Position numbers and translations under genes: made by a program. A stretch of DNA of 64,000 nucleotides. Source: an uncultured bacterium (GTDB lineage: Bacteria > Acidobacteriota > HRBIN11 > JAKEFK01). The notes under the pieces are model-generated. The model was not told the origin of the DNA. It made no database searches and was given only the letters and a program-made list of their open reading frames with translations. Each line of letters opens with the position of its first letter. Position 1 is the first letter of the stretch. This document shows, piece by piece, positions 1-10,552 of the stretch. The DNA is taken from positions 32,001 through 96,000 of the forward strand of contig CAVZQN010000003.1 in assembly GCA_963777505.1 (NCBI GenBank), read 5' to 3'.

Positions 1-2
1 CG

Positions 3-293
3 CGAACTGCCGATGGAAGATTAGAAGTGCGAGCTCGTCCGGGTTCCAGTGTTGCAAACCCATGGAGCCTTAAAACTTCAGATGGCAATTTGACCCTGCA
101 TCTTCCAGATTCAATTCAAGCTGATTTTGATATCCGAACTGGCGATGGCAAGATCATAACGGATTTGCCTATATCCATCCTTGGAACTGTGACCCGTAGT
201 CATCTTTCAGGAAAAATTAATGGAGGAGGATCATTGGTTATGATCCAAACTGCAGATGGCTCGATCACAATTTCACGCACACTTCAGGAATGA
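3..293 (+). CDS. DUF4097/adhesin-like beta-strand repeat protein, C-terminal part (5' truncated by window edge)
   Basis: Repeated 'lkTsDGnl', 'irTgDGki', 'iqTaDGsI' beta-strand units ending in '...G.INGGG..v.i.T..GsI.I'; frame open from position 3. Confidence 0.75.
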   Translation, partial: RTADGRLEVRARPGSSVANPWSLKTSDGNLTLHLPDSIQADFDIRTGDGKIITDLPISILGTVTRSHLSGKINGGGSLVMIQTADGSITISRTLQE

Positions 294-298
294 TTTTA

Positions 299-324
299 AG
301 GGCGGCTCTTAGACGCGCCCCTAC
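299..324. repeat. Degenerate GTAG-family REP palindrome (related to 5323-5400)
   Basis: agggcggctcttagacgcgcccctac resembles gggcgggtctaagacccgcccctac at 5375-5399. Confidence 0.55.
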
Positions 325-402
325 TATTTTGATAGACTACAGTTTCCACCCCGGCGTATAGCCCACCCGATTTGAGCCGTACATATTCCAGGAGGACTAA
401 TC

Positions 403-1758
403 ATGGTTTCAAGAATCGATTCCGGAAAGACAGGTCCAGTTTCACAACCTGAGCCTAAGGAAGTAGAAGTCAGTCAAAAATCAAGTGATACTGCAGCGTT
501 AGAAAATCAGGCTACACCAGCAGAAAACAAAACTGCACTTGCCTCAAATGCAGCCGAAAGAGCAAGTGAAAGTTCATTAACAGGACGCATTCTAGCAAAT
601 CAATTGCAATCTCAAGTACAAGCACCGAGCACAGCTGTCGTACCATCTCAAGGTCCTCTTTTGTTTGAAGGCAAAAATGAGCCCGCTTCAACGAAGGATT
701 TTCAAAAACAACTCAATGAATTTAGATCGGAAAAAGGCTTACCGCCGATTAAAGAAGATGGAATTTATGGCCCCGAAACGAAAGGCGCTGTAAAACAATT
801 TCAGGAAGCAAATGGTTTAAAAAATGATGGAATCGTTGGAGACAATACAAGATCAAGATTAACACTGGAAAATAATCCTGACTTTAAGAAACTTGATCCG
901 TCGGTTCAAGATCAGCTGCGCACTCGGATGAATGATTCCCAAAAGGATCCAACCTCCAGACAGCTTCTTCTAACAATTGGCACCGATCCAACATTCGCAA
1001 AACTTCCAAAAACGGAACAAGATGCTGCATTAAAAGACATCAGCACTTCGGCAAGTTCGTTAACGCAAAAAACACTTCAAGGGATGTCGAATGATGAATT
1101 GTTGAAGATTGCGGATTCTCCTGGGGGCCAGGAGCGTTTAAACGGAATGAAGTTCGCATTGCAACAAGGCCCGATCAGTCCTGGATCCTTGAAAGAACTG
1201 GACCGGCTTAATTCGGCAACATTTACTCCGGCAGGTGGATTGAAGCTGAAAGGAAGTGAAGCTGATAAAGCTGCTTACTTAAGCATGACAAGAAGGGAAA
1301 TGTTAACTTCGCCAACCTTTGCAAAGACCATGAATGAAATTAATGCCGACAAAGCTCATCCTGTAACTGTGAATGTTGGTCGTGACATGCCCAACGTCCG
1401 CCTGGATGTGGATCGTGGCAACGGTCTTCAAGACGTTGATTTGAATGATTTCGATAAGTTACCTAAAACTCCCGGAGCCAGTAATCCACATGCGATTACT
1501 CAAGGCGAAGTCTTATCCCATGCGATGAGAGAGGCGCGGCAAAGAGCGCTCGGTCAAAATCATGATCAAGCCCACGAAGCTGCTATTAATGAAGAGAATC
1601 AATACAGAAAGGACATCGGTCAAACGAGTACCAGGAAATTGCCGCCAAATGATGAAACAAGAGTGGACAATGATCTTGGCGATACAACTCTCGTGATCCA
1701 TTTCAATGGAGCACCAGATGAAGAACTAAAGTTTGATAAAAAACAGCGGCTTCAATAA
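403..1758 (+). CDS. Peptidoglycan-binding (PG_binding_1) domain protein with C-terminal M91/NleD-like zinc-metallopeptidase-like region; putative secreted effector
   Basis: GGAGG RBS at 391-395; PG_binding_1 signature 'FQKQLN...DGIYGPETKGAVKQFQEANGLKNDGIVGDNT'; C-terminal 'EVLSHAMRE...AHEAAINEENQYRKDIG' resembles M91-type H(E)xxE/H...EN.xR..G; no Sec signal peptide. Confidence 0.7.
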   Translation: MVSRIDSGKTGPVSQPEPKEVEVSQKSSDTAALENQATPAENKTALASNAAERASESSLTGRILANQLQSQVQAPSTAVVPSQGPLLFEGKNEPASTKDFQKQLNEFRSEKGLPPIKEDGIYGPETKGAVKQFQEANGLKNDGIVGDNTRSRLTLENNPDFKKLDPSVQDQLRTRMNDSQKDPTSRQLLLTIGTDPTFAKLPKTEQDAALKDISTSASSLTQKTLQGMSNDELLKIADSPGGQERLNGMKFALQQGPISPGSLKELDRLNSATFTPAGGLKLKGSEADKAAYLSMTRREMLTSPTFAKTMNEINADKAHPVTVNVGRDMPNVRLDVDRGNGLQDVDLNDFDKLPKTPGASNPHAITQGEVLSHAMREARQRALGQNHDQAHEAAINEENQYRKDIGQTSTRKLPPNDETRVDNDLGDTTLVIHFNGAPDEELKFDKKQRLQ

Positions 1759-1767
1759 GGAGGAATT

Positions 1768-2202
1768 ATGGATCAGCAAAAAATAATAAGTGAAAAACAA
1801 AATCCACCTCTTGCTATGACTGAAGAAGAGTCATTGAAAGATCTTGTGAAGCGAAACAATCTCATCTTTATCGGTTCATTACTTGAACTGGGCAAACCAC
1901 CAAATGATTGGTCAGGATGTGGGAATGCGTTTCAAAGCGCTAAATATAAGATCGTCCGAATCATTAAAGGACAATATGGTGCTTCCGAAATTTCTGTAGA
2001 GCATGTCGTCGTTTACGGAAGTAAAACCGCTCAACCAGGCGAAACTCCTGGATTATTAAGTTCAATGTTCTCACCCAATAATGAACTGATTGTTTTTGCA
2101 AGGAAAACTGATTCCGGAAAATGGAAAGATACCAACGAGGTTCATGGCGCTCTTCCTGCAACGGACGAATGGCAGCAGAAGGTGGAAGCCGCCTTACGCT
2201 AA
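1768..2202 (+). CDS. Hypothetical protein, TIMP/NTR-like OB-fold pattern; possible inhibitor/immunity partner
   Basis: AGGAGG RBS overlapping the upstream stop; 'LKDLVKRNNLIFIGSL...YKIVRIIKG...ELIVFA' pattern. Confidence 0.6.
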   Translation: MDQQKIISEKQNPPLAMTEEESLKDLVKRNNLIFIGSLLELGKPPNDWSGCGNAFQSAKYKIVRIIKGQYGASEISVEHVVVYGSKTAQPGETPGLLSSMFSPNNELIVFARKTDSGKWKDTNEVHGALPATDEWQQKVEAALR

Positions 2203-2207
2203 TCAAG

Positions 2208-2282
2208 AGAGGATAGAGAATAGAGGATAGAGAATAGCAGGTCCTTCCATCTTCTATCCTCTATTCTCTATCCTCTATTCTA
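2208..2282. repeat. Inverted pair of heptamer tandem repeats (agaggat/agagaat); probable terminator-like hairpin
   Basis: agaggatagagaatagaggatagagaatag ... ctatcctctattctctatcctctattcta. Confidence 0.8.
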
Positions 2283-2636
2283 CTTATGCCCACATATCTC
2301 ATTTGGTAATACTATTAAAATAGTACTACAGCCTTTCCTTCCAGGCTGGTCGTGTCAGATAGTGAAACTTAATTGACACAGAACGAGGCGGACGGCTACA
2401 ATAGGTTCATCCCAGGAACTGGTCCCATTGAGGGAGAGTGTGAAGGCATTTCCTGAATCAAATATCGTTTCGTTTTCTGGTCGAGAACCAATCCATTTGC
2501 ATCTGCCTCCCTGCCTCATTTCACAGCTTTGCGGGATCATCAAGCATGCTTTCGATACTTCTGCTACTGCGCGAGAAAATCACAAGTTAGAAGTAATGCT
2601 TGAAGCTTGAAACATTAATTCACAGGGGAGTTCAAT

Positions 2637-5315
2637 ATGCTGCGTATCAAAAAATCAGTTGGTCTTTCATTAGTTCTTTTGCTTTTTGCAGTCATGCTGG
2701 CATATGGTCAGTCAAGAGAAACCGGCGCAATTCAGGGATCCATTACAGACTCAGAAGGTGCCCCAGTTCCGGGTGTAACTGTTACTGCGACAAATATGAC
2801 TCTGAAGGGACGCGATGCCACGGCGTTCACAGATGAAAAAGGAAAGTATCGATTTCCTTCACTTGCACCGGGAACCTACCAGATTCAAGCAGAGCTGGAA
2901 GGTTTTCAAACTTCAGTTCGTTCAGACGTTCGATTGTTTGTAGGCAACACCGTTGATGTAGACCTGAGCATCGGACAGTCTGTCACAGAGACAATCGAAA
3001 TTTCAGGCGAAACTCCTTTAATTGATGCAACAACAACAGCAAGCTCGAAAACAGTCCCCGTGGAAACGATTGAGAGTTTGCCGAAAATGTCCTTTGCGTT
3101 GGATCTCTTCACGCTAACCCCCGGAGTTGGAGATCTCAGCTATGTGGCTTACGGAGCGGGTGGATCGCAAGCCAATGCGTATTGGTTTGACGGTGTCGAC
3201 ATTAGCAATCCTGTTGATGGAACTTACTGGATTTATCCAAATTACAACTGGATTGAGGAAGTCCAGGTTGTCGGTATCGGAGCTCCAGCGGAATATGGTG
3301 GTTTTTCCGGAGTCATTACCAATACTGTCAGTCGTTCCGGCAGCAACGAATTTCATGGCCTCGTTGAAACATTTTTTCAGAACGATTCGCTGCAGGGTGA
3401 AAATGTCGATGAACCCGGTTTAGAAGACTTAGGATCAGATACAACGGATCTGTTCACCGATTCGACGATTCAGGTGGGCGGCAGGCTTATTCACGATAAG
3501 CTCTGGTTCTTCACAAGCGCAGAGTACTACTACGATCGATCAGCACCGTTTGGATATCCACCGGACAACTCAAATTCGTTTGTAAAAGTAACGCAGCCAC
3601 GTATTCTCAACAAACTGACGTACAAAGTAAACGACAACAATACCATGCAGGGCTTTATCCAGTGGGATGATTATGATCTGGACGGTGGCAGTGCAAGTCG
3701 GTTTACACTTCCAGAAGCAACAAGCGTAAATGGCGGACCAGAGTGGTTCTACAACGCCTCATGGATTTCGATTCTCAATCCGGAAACCGTGCTCGATGTT
3801 CGCTACAGTGGTTACAATTCGAAATACGACACCAATGGACGGAATGGCGACATCCCAGGACACGTCGATCAAATACGGACATTTCCAACACCAATTATTT
3901 TGGAATCCGTTTACGAGATCGCATAGAAATCAGATTAATGCCAACGTTTCTTATCATGCGAGCGATTTCATCAAAGGCAATCACGATTTCAAATTCGGTA
4001 TCGAATATGAGCATTCCAACGCGGATACGGTCCGAGGGTTGGAATGGCGACGCATATTACTATGATGGACTTGGACAAAATTCTTATGATCCGACGAGTC
4101 CCAATTTCTATCGCACTCTTTGGGAAGGCTATGACTCTTTGAGCCGGATCCGTCGAACGAGTTTCTTTGCGCAAGATAACTGGAATGTTACAGATCACGT
4201 GAATCTCAGTGTCGGCGTCCGCGTCGATCGCAATCATGCGTTCCTTGAAGAAGCAACTCAAATTGAATACACAACGACTCCAGTCGCACCTCGTGTAGGT
4301 ATCGTTTACGATGTGGGCGGTGATGACACCACCGTTATCAAGGCTCATTACGGACATTTCTACGACAAAGCGATCTGTTTCTATATCGACGGAATCGACA
4401 ACTTTGGAGATAGGACGTACCAATACTGGTATGGAACATATTGGGGAACCTATCGATTCTCTCCCGGGGATAGTTTCTTTGTGGTCGATCCTGATTTAAA
4501 ACAAACGTATGTTGAGCAATTCACGATAGGAGTGGATAAAGCCTTACCGGAAGGGGTTACGCTCAGCGCGCATTACATATACCGGGACTTTCATAACATT
4601 GCGGAGGATGTTGAAACAAACGGAATCTATGAAGAGGTACCATTTGTCAATCCTGTTACAGGAGAGGCGATGACTCTTTTTAACCGGCTGAACCCTGACA
4701 CTCCCGACTCCTTCTTCATAACGAACCCCGACGGCCTATTCCGGAACTACCATGGGATTGAAGTTTATGGAGGAAAACGCTTTGGAAATGATTTCAGTTT
4801 AACAGGTTCCGTTGTTTGGTCGCGAAGCAGAGGAAACACCGGCAACAGTGACACTGAAGCGGACGGCTTTACAACGCTTTTCGATGATCCGAACAATAAT
4901 ATCAACATCGATGGAAAACCGACACACGACCCAACATGGGAATTCAAAGTAACAGGTATTTTTAAGATGCCCTGGGAGATTTTAGGGTCTTTCTATTTCC
5001 GACATTTTACTGGGGATACGTTCACCACGACTTTTCAAACTGGACGCGATGATCTGAGTCAAGGGCGTGTAATCGTCCGTGCGGTTCCTCGCGGGAGCGA
5101 ACGCCTGGATTCGAGAAGTGTTTTCGACTTACGGTTTGAGAAAGGAATTTGCTGTCTCTGACGGCAATCTGAAATTTACATTCGATTTTTTCAATTTGTT
5201 TAACAGCGGATATGTGACCAATTTGGAAGAACGTTTCGATCTAGTATCGTTTCTCGAACCAGAAGAATTTACTGCGCCTCGTCAAGTTCGACTTGGCGTC
5301 CGCTATCAGTTCTAA
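2637..5315 (+). CDS. Oar-like TonB-dependent receptor with N-terminal carboxypeptidase-regulatory-like domain (split by ~3 frameshifts)
   Basis: Signal peptide, 'GAIQGSITDSEGAPVPGVTVT..FPSLAPGTYQIQAELEGF', plug 'AEYGGFSGVITN', barrel 'FAQDNWNV..LSVGVRVD', C-terminal 'PRQVRLGVRYQF'; pieces in ORFs 2637-3926, 3730-4065, 3743-5161, 5079-5315. Confidence 0.9.
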
Positions 5316-5322
5316 AATATAA

Positions 5323-5400
5323 GCAGGGGCGGGTCTAAGACCCGCCCGCGTCAGATTTTATTTTGCAATGGAACGGGCGGGTCTAAGACCCGCCCCTACA
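5323..5400. repeat. REPIN-like inverted doublet of GTAG-family REP palindromes
   Basis: gcaggggcgggtctaagacccgcccg (5323-5348) and cgggcgggtctaagacccgcccctaca (5374-5400; reverse complement begins TGTAGGGGCGGG). Confidence 0.8.
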
Positions 5401-5404
5401 AACT

Positions 5405-7682
5405 TTGAAGAAATACCTTCTTTATGCTTTAGCTATCATTCCTTTACTGTATCTCGCATATCGGACTTTTGAACGGCCAAAGAAGCATCAGAAGATGCAA
5501 CGATTCTGCATACAATTTGATTCTGATTTCAATCGACACGGTGCGTGCCGATTATTTGCAGATATATAACCCTACCGGTGTGCCAACACCAAATCTTTCG
5601 AAAATAGCGAACCATGGTTATCTGTATACGAATGTAATTGCACAGGTGCCGTTCACGCTTCCTTCTCACTCCAGCATGCTTACCGGTACGTATCCTTTAA
5701 AACACAGAGTCCAGGAAAACATTGGCGCAAAATTAGGCGATGACGCCGTAACCCTTGCGGAAGTTTTGAAAGAAAATGGTTATCAGACCGCAGGATTCAT
5801 CGGGGCACTTGTTCTGGAATCAGGAACTGGTATTGAGCAGGGGTTCGATACATTCGATGACGTCTTTGTCCGGGAAGATAAAGTGATGGACGACCGCAGC
5901 GGTATACAAAAAGATGGCGCATCCGTAAAGCGGTCCTTCCTCAACTGGCTTGATCAAAGACAAACAAGTTCTCCTTTCTTTTCATTCATTCATTTCTACG
6001 ATCCTCATACACCATATAATCCGCCGCCTCCTTTTCGTCCAACTGAAAACGAACCGCGTGCTTTGTATCGTGGGGAGCTTCAGTATGTGGATGCCGTCAT
6101 CGGTGAACTGGTTGACGATCTGTCTCGCAGACAGTTGTTGAATCGAACGATTCTTGTGATCACTGGGGATCATGGTGAAATGCTGGGTGAGCATGGCGAA
6201 AATGGACACGGATTTTTTGTCTACCAGGAGGCTGTACGTGTTCCATTGCTGATTTCGCTACCCGATGGCTCCAAAGGCACGTCGAATGAAGTTTTGGAAC
6301 TTGTTGATTTAATGCCAACCGTTTTGGAGCTGCTCAAAATTCCGGTTCCCAAAACAGTTCAAGGAAAGTCGTTTGCTCAAAATCTCACTGGAAAAAATTC
6401 ATCATCGGGTTTTGCATATGCAGAGTCTCTTACAGCGACACAGCATTTTGGCGCGGCTCCACTTCTAAGCTTGCAGGATCACCGGTTTAAGTACATCGAA
6501 AGTCCGCAGCCGGAACTTTATGATCTGAAGGAAGATGCGCATGAACTAAACAACATCGCGGTCAAACGAAAAGAAATCGCGAACAAGATGAAAACAGTTT
6601 TACAGGAATTTCTCGGCAAAAATAAAGACACAAGCGCGAAACCGGTAGAGCGGGAGATTTCACCTGAACAACAGGAACAACTGGCTGCACTCGGCTATAT
6701 TGGGGGGACTTCAGCAGCTGACTATCGGGATTCAACTCTGGATGCAAAAGAATGTATTGAGAGTTGGAAAGACCTGGGCATCTTGAGCGAGCTGGTAACG
6801 CAGCCGCCTTGTGAGGAGTGTATTGTCCTTGTAGACAGAATTCGGAAGCGCGGGGTTTTGCCGGTTCAAGCACGTATCTTTGCAGCACGCGCTTATGCCG
6901 GGTTGCAAGATTACAAAAACGCAATTTCCGTTTTGCAGGACATTGTTCAGGAGAACCCGAGAAATACTCAAGCTCAATTGGTTCTTGCTTATTCACTAAC
7001 AAGGGCCGGCGATCATCCTTCTGCACTTCGAATCTATAAACAATTGATGGAAGAAGATTCTCTGCTTGGATTGGAAAATTATGCAGAGCTGATGATCCGG
7101 TTAAATCGAAAACAGGAATTGCATCAAACAATAGAACAATTTGCTGCTACGCATAAACTAAGCGAAAAACATTATCCGGTTCTCGGTGAAATCTACTTGC
7201 TTCTACAAAAACTCGAGGAAGCTCGAAGTTATTTGATGAAGGCGATGGAAACATCACCTGAAAATCCTTACGTTTATATTCATCTTTCAGCGTTAGTCGA
7301 TGCTGAAGGAAAGACCATGGAGGCAATTAACCTTCTTGAACAGAGGCGCGGACAATTTGAGACTGCAGATTATTTAATGCAACTTGGGAGGCTGTACGCG
7401 AAAATAGGAAATACTCAGAAGGAACATGAAGCTTTCCAGGAAATGGTACGATCGTATCCGAATGATTCCAGAGGTTATTTCTTCCTTGGAAAAATCATTC
7501 TCCAACAACGTGGAGATATGAAGCAGGTAATTCAACTGGCAGAGAAAGGACTGAGCCTTAATCCCGATCCGGAATTCCAGTCTTTCGGATATTTTCTCTT
7601 AGGAGATGCATATACGGCACTCGGGGAGTCAGCGAAAGCCCAAAGTTATTTGAAAAAGGCGGAACAATTGCGGGCTCAGTGA
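5405..7682 (+). CDS. Sulfatase-like (alkaline-phosphatase superfamily) hydrolase with C-terminal TPR repeats; N-terminal anchor joined by a frameshift near 5490
   Basis: 'NLILISIDTVRAD', 'PFTLPSHSSMLTG', 'HFYDPH', 'GDHGE', 'QLAALGY', then TPRs; TTG at 5405 gives MKKYLLYALAIIPLLYLAYR in another frame. Confidence 0.85.
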
Positions 7683-7710
7683 ACTACTCGCCTTAATATT
7701 CAGTTAGCAC

Positions 7711-10004
7711 ATGAGATCAGTAAAATTAAAACTGTTGGCGCCGGTTATTGCTATTCTCCTGGCAGCAGCCTATTACATCTGGCGGGGCAGCACGCCCGGA
7801 ATTACCGGAGTTCCTCCAATCTGTCGCAAAAGAAAAGTACAACGTTTTACTCATCACGGTTGATACAATCCGCGCCGACCGGCTCGGATGTTATGGTTTT
7901 CAAGACATTGAAACACCCAACATCGATGCGCTTGCTGCCTCGGGAACTCTTTTCTTGGATGCGACCGCACACGTTCCTTTAACACTGCCATCACATACTT
8001 CAATTCATACAGGACATTTTCCTTCCTTTCATGGAATTCATGATAACGGTGGCTTTTACGTGTCTAAATCTCAAACCACACTCGCTGAAATGTTCCGGCA
8101 GAATGGATTTGTAACGGCAGGATTTGTCGGCGCTTACGTTCTGGATTCAATCTGGGGACTCGATCAGGGCTTCGACACTTACTTCGATAATTTTGAGATT
8201 TCAAAACAGAAAAGATTTAGTCTCGCGAGCGTGCAACGAAAGGCAGACGATGTTCTGGACCAGTCACTGGAATGGCTTGGCGAAAACAAGGACAAACGTT
8301 TTTTTCTTTGGACACATTTTTACGATCCGCATACACCTTATGAACCTCCCAAAGAATACGAGATGAAATATCCGGATCGGCCTTACATTGGTGAAATCGC
8401 GTATACAGATTCCGTAATCGGTAAAATGCTGAACTATCTCGATCAGAATCAGCTACGGGACAAGACAATCATTCTGCTAACCGGTGATCATGGAGAAAGT
8501 CTGGGGGAACATGATGAATCAACGCATGCGATCTTTCTCTATGATTCGACGTTGAAAGTTCCAATGATTCTTTCTGCGCCTGAAAAATTAATTCAAGGCA
8601 AGCGGATTCAGCAACAGGCGCGTTCCATCGATATCGCGCCCACTTTGTTGCAGCTTACCGGGATTCCGGTACCTGAAGATGTACAGGGAAGAAGTTTGCT
8701 CCATTTGATTTGGAACGAGCAATCGCCTTCGACGGTCTCGTACGCTGAAGCATACTATTCGCAATATCACTTCGGTTGGAGCAGGCTGCTTTCACTGCGT
8801 ACTTCCACGTTCAAATATATTGATGCACCAAAACCCGAACTGTACGACCTGAAATCGGATCCAGGTGAGTCCGTAAATTTGTATGAATCGAAAAAAGAAA
8901 TCGCCAAACAGATGAAATCTGAGCTCAGTCAAATTGAAAAGCAGAAGCAACAGGATGCAAGCATGCGTCCGGGAGCGGTAGATGCGGAAGTTCACGAAAA
9001 GCTTGCTGCACTTGGTTATGTTGGAGCTTTTGTCGAAACTCCAACAGAAGATCCAACTGATCGCGCAGATCCGAAAGACAAGATCTCCATGTTCAATCTA
9101 ATTCAAGATGCGCAGGAAGCTTCTCTGGATGAAAAAACTGAGGAGGCGATTGCGCTCTGCAAAAGAGGTTCTGGAACTGGATCCCGGGATCGTGGATGCT
9201 CAGTTCCTACTGGGAAACGAATACTTTCGAAGCAAACAATATCCGCTCGCACTCGAAGCGTTCAAAAAAACACTCGAGTTGAAACCCGACTACGATGCAG
9301 CAATAGTGAACCTTGCCAATACGTATCGCCGAATGGGACGAATAGAAGAAGCCCTTGCTGGATTCCAACACTTTTTGCAAAAGAAACCAGATAATGCACA
9401 GATTCTTCATCTGGTTGGTGAGCTCTATCTGGCCATGGAGCGTCCGGAGGATGCGCTCGCCTCGTTTCAAAAAGCGATCGCTGTGGAGCCTGATACAAGC
9501 TGGCTCTACAACGGAATTGGCGCTGTCTATTACAAGCAGAAAGAGTATGTCAGGGCTGAGCAGTTCTTCCGAAAAGCGCTGGAATTAAATCCGGAAACTG
9601 CGATGACGCATTTTAACCTCGCGCAACTTTACGAAAAGCTGGGACAAATGGATCGTGCCATCGAAGAGTATCATGCAGAGCTTAATGTGGCCGCGCAAAA
9701 TGTGAAGGCGCATTTCAATCTTGGCAGATTCTATATGAAAGAAGGACAGATAGACTCCGGTATCAAGCACATGCAAGCCGCCATTGAAGCGGAACCGGAT
9801 TTTGCTATCGGTCATCTTTTTTTAGCGCAAGCCTTTGTAGAAAAAGGAGATTTGACGAAAGCAAAAGAATTGGCGGAAAAAGGTCTTTCACTGAATCCCG
9901 ATCCTGAATATCGGCCGTTAGGGCACTTCGTGCTTGCGGACATCTACAACAGGCAGGGACGTTTTGATCTAGAACGGCAGGAACTTCGCAAAGCGAATCA
10001 CTAA
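7711..10004 (+). CDS. Second sulfatase-like/TPR protein (tandem paralog; frameshifts near 7790 and 9160)
   Basis: ATG 7711 MRSVKLKLLAPVIAILLAAAYYIW; 'NVLLITVDTIRAD','PLTLPSHTSIHTG','HFYDPH','GDHGE','KLAALGY'; TPR array in 9108-10004. Confidence 0.85.
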
Positions 10005-10067
10005 TCGAATGGAATGGCGCCTGGTTATGTCTTGAATTTCTTTTGTGCGGAACTAATGTTCTAGTAG

Positions 10068-10217
10068 ATGATTCGTAAACTAAGAAACGGACAATACAGG
10101 CTTTACTCGCGCAAGAAAGATCCGAAGACCGGGAAGCGCCGCAATTTAGGAACTTTTCCCACCAAAGAAGCAGCCCAAAAACACGAACGGGCAGTTCAGT
10201 TTTTTAAACACAAATAG
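10068..10217 (+). CDS. Small basic conserved hypothetical protein (49 aa), below the ORF-track cutoff
   Basis: MIRKLRNGQYRLYSRKKDPKTGKRRNLGTFPTKEAAQKHERAVQFFKHK; I recall similar small proteins in other bacteria (not database-checked); 'LGTF.T.E.A' resembles AP2/Arm-type nucleic-acid-binding motifs. Confidence 0.8.
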   Translation: MIRKLRNGQYRLYSRKKDPKTGKRRNLGTFPTKEAAQKHERAVQFFKHK

Positions 10218-10287
10218 TCTTATTGCGACCCCCTGAAGGAAACTTCTTTCTTGTTGTTAACAGCTCTGCGCATTTTTGCGAGAGTTT

Positions 10288-10482
10288 TTACATCAATGCT
10301 ATTAAAAGAAGTTGTCCGGTGACTAAATCCTTTACCTCAGCGACTGGTGAATTTGAATATAGTTCGCGCATTTGTTCGGCCAGGGTCTCCACAGTCAACT
10401 CTAGCGTATCCGAAAGGTCAAGGTTCTGTTCAACCTCTCCTCCTTCATTATCAGATTGTCCTGCACCTATTTCCAAGTTCAT
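10288..10482 (-). CDS. Small acidic hypothetical protein; N-terminus paralogous to 13524-14522 (may extend to 10220 if a T-run base is missing)
   Basis: GGAGG RBS before ATG 10482; MNLEIGAGQ vs MNLKVGAGQ; shares the upstream element. Confidence 0.6.
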   Translation of the reverse strand: MNLEIGAGQSDNEGGEVEQNLDLSDTLELTVETLAEQMRELYSNSPVAEVKDLVTGQLLLIALM

Positions 10483-10552
10483 ACTTCCTCCGAATAACGA
10501 ATCATCAAACGCAGTTAGAGTAAATCGAATAATGTCCACCTGCATCGGCCTA

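Noticed and set aside
2208-2282. Tandem repeats as a CRISPR array
   Set aside because: Units are 7-14 nt with no unique spacers and no cas genes. The same applies to 17076-17152 and 50862-50893.
10483-10545. Upstream start MQVDII for the 85-aa ORF
   Set aside because: The internal ATG at 10482 has a GGAGG RBS and matches the paralog's MNLxxGAGQ start.
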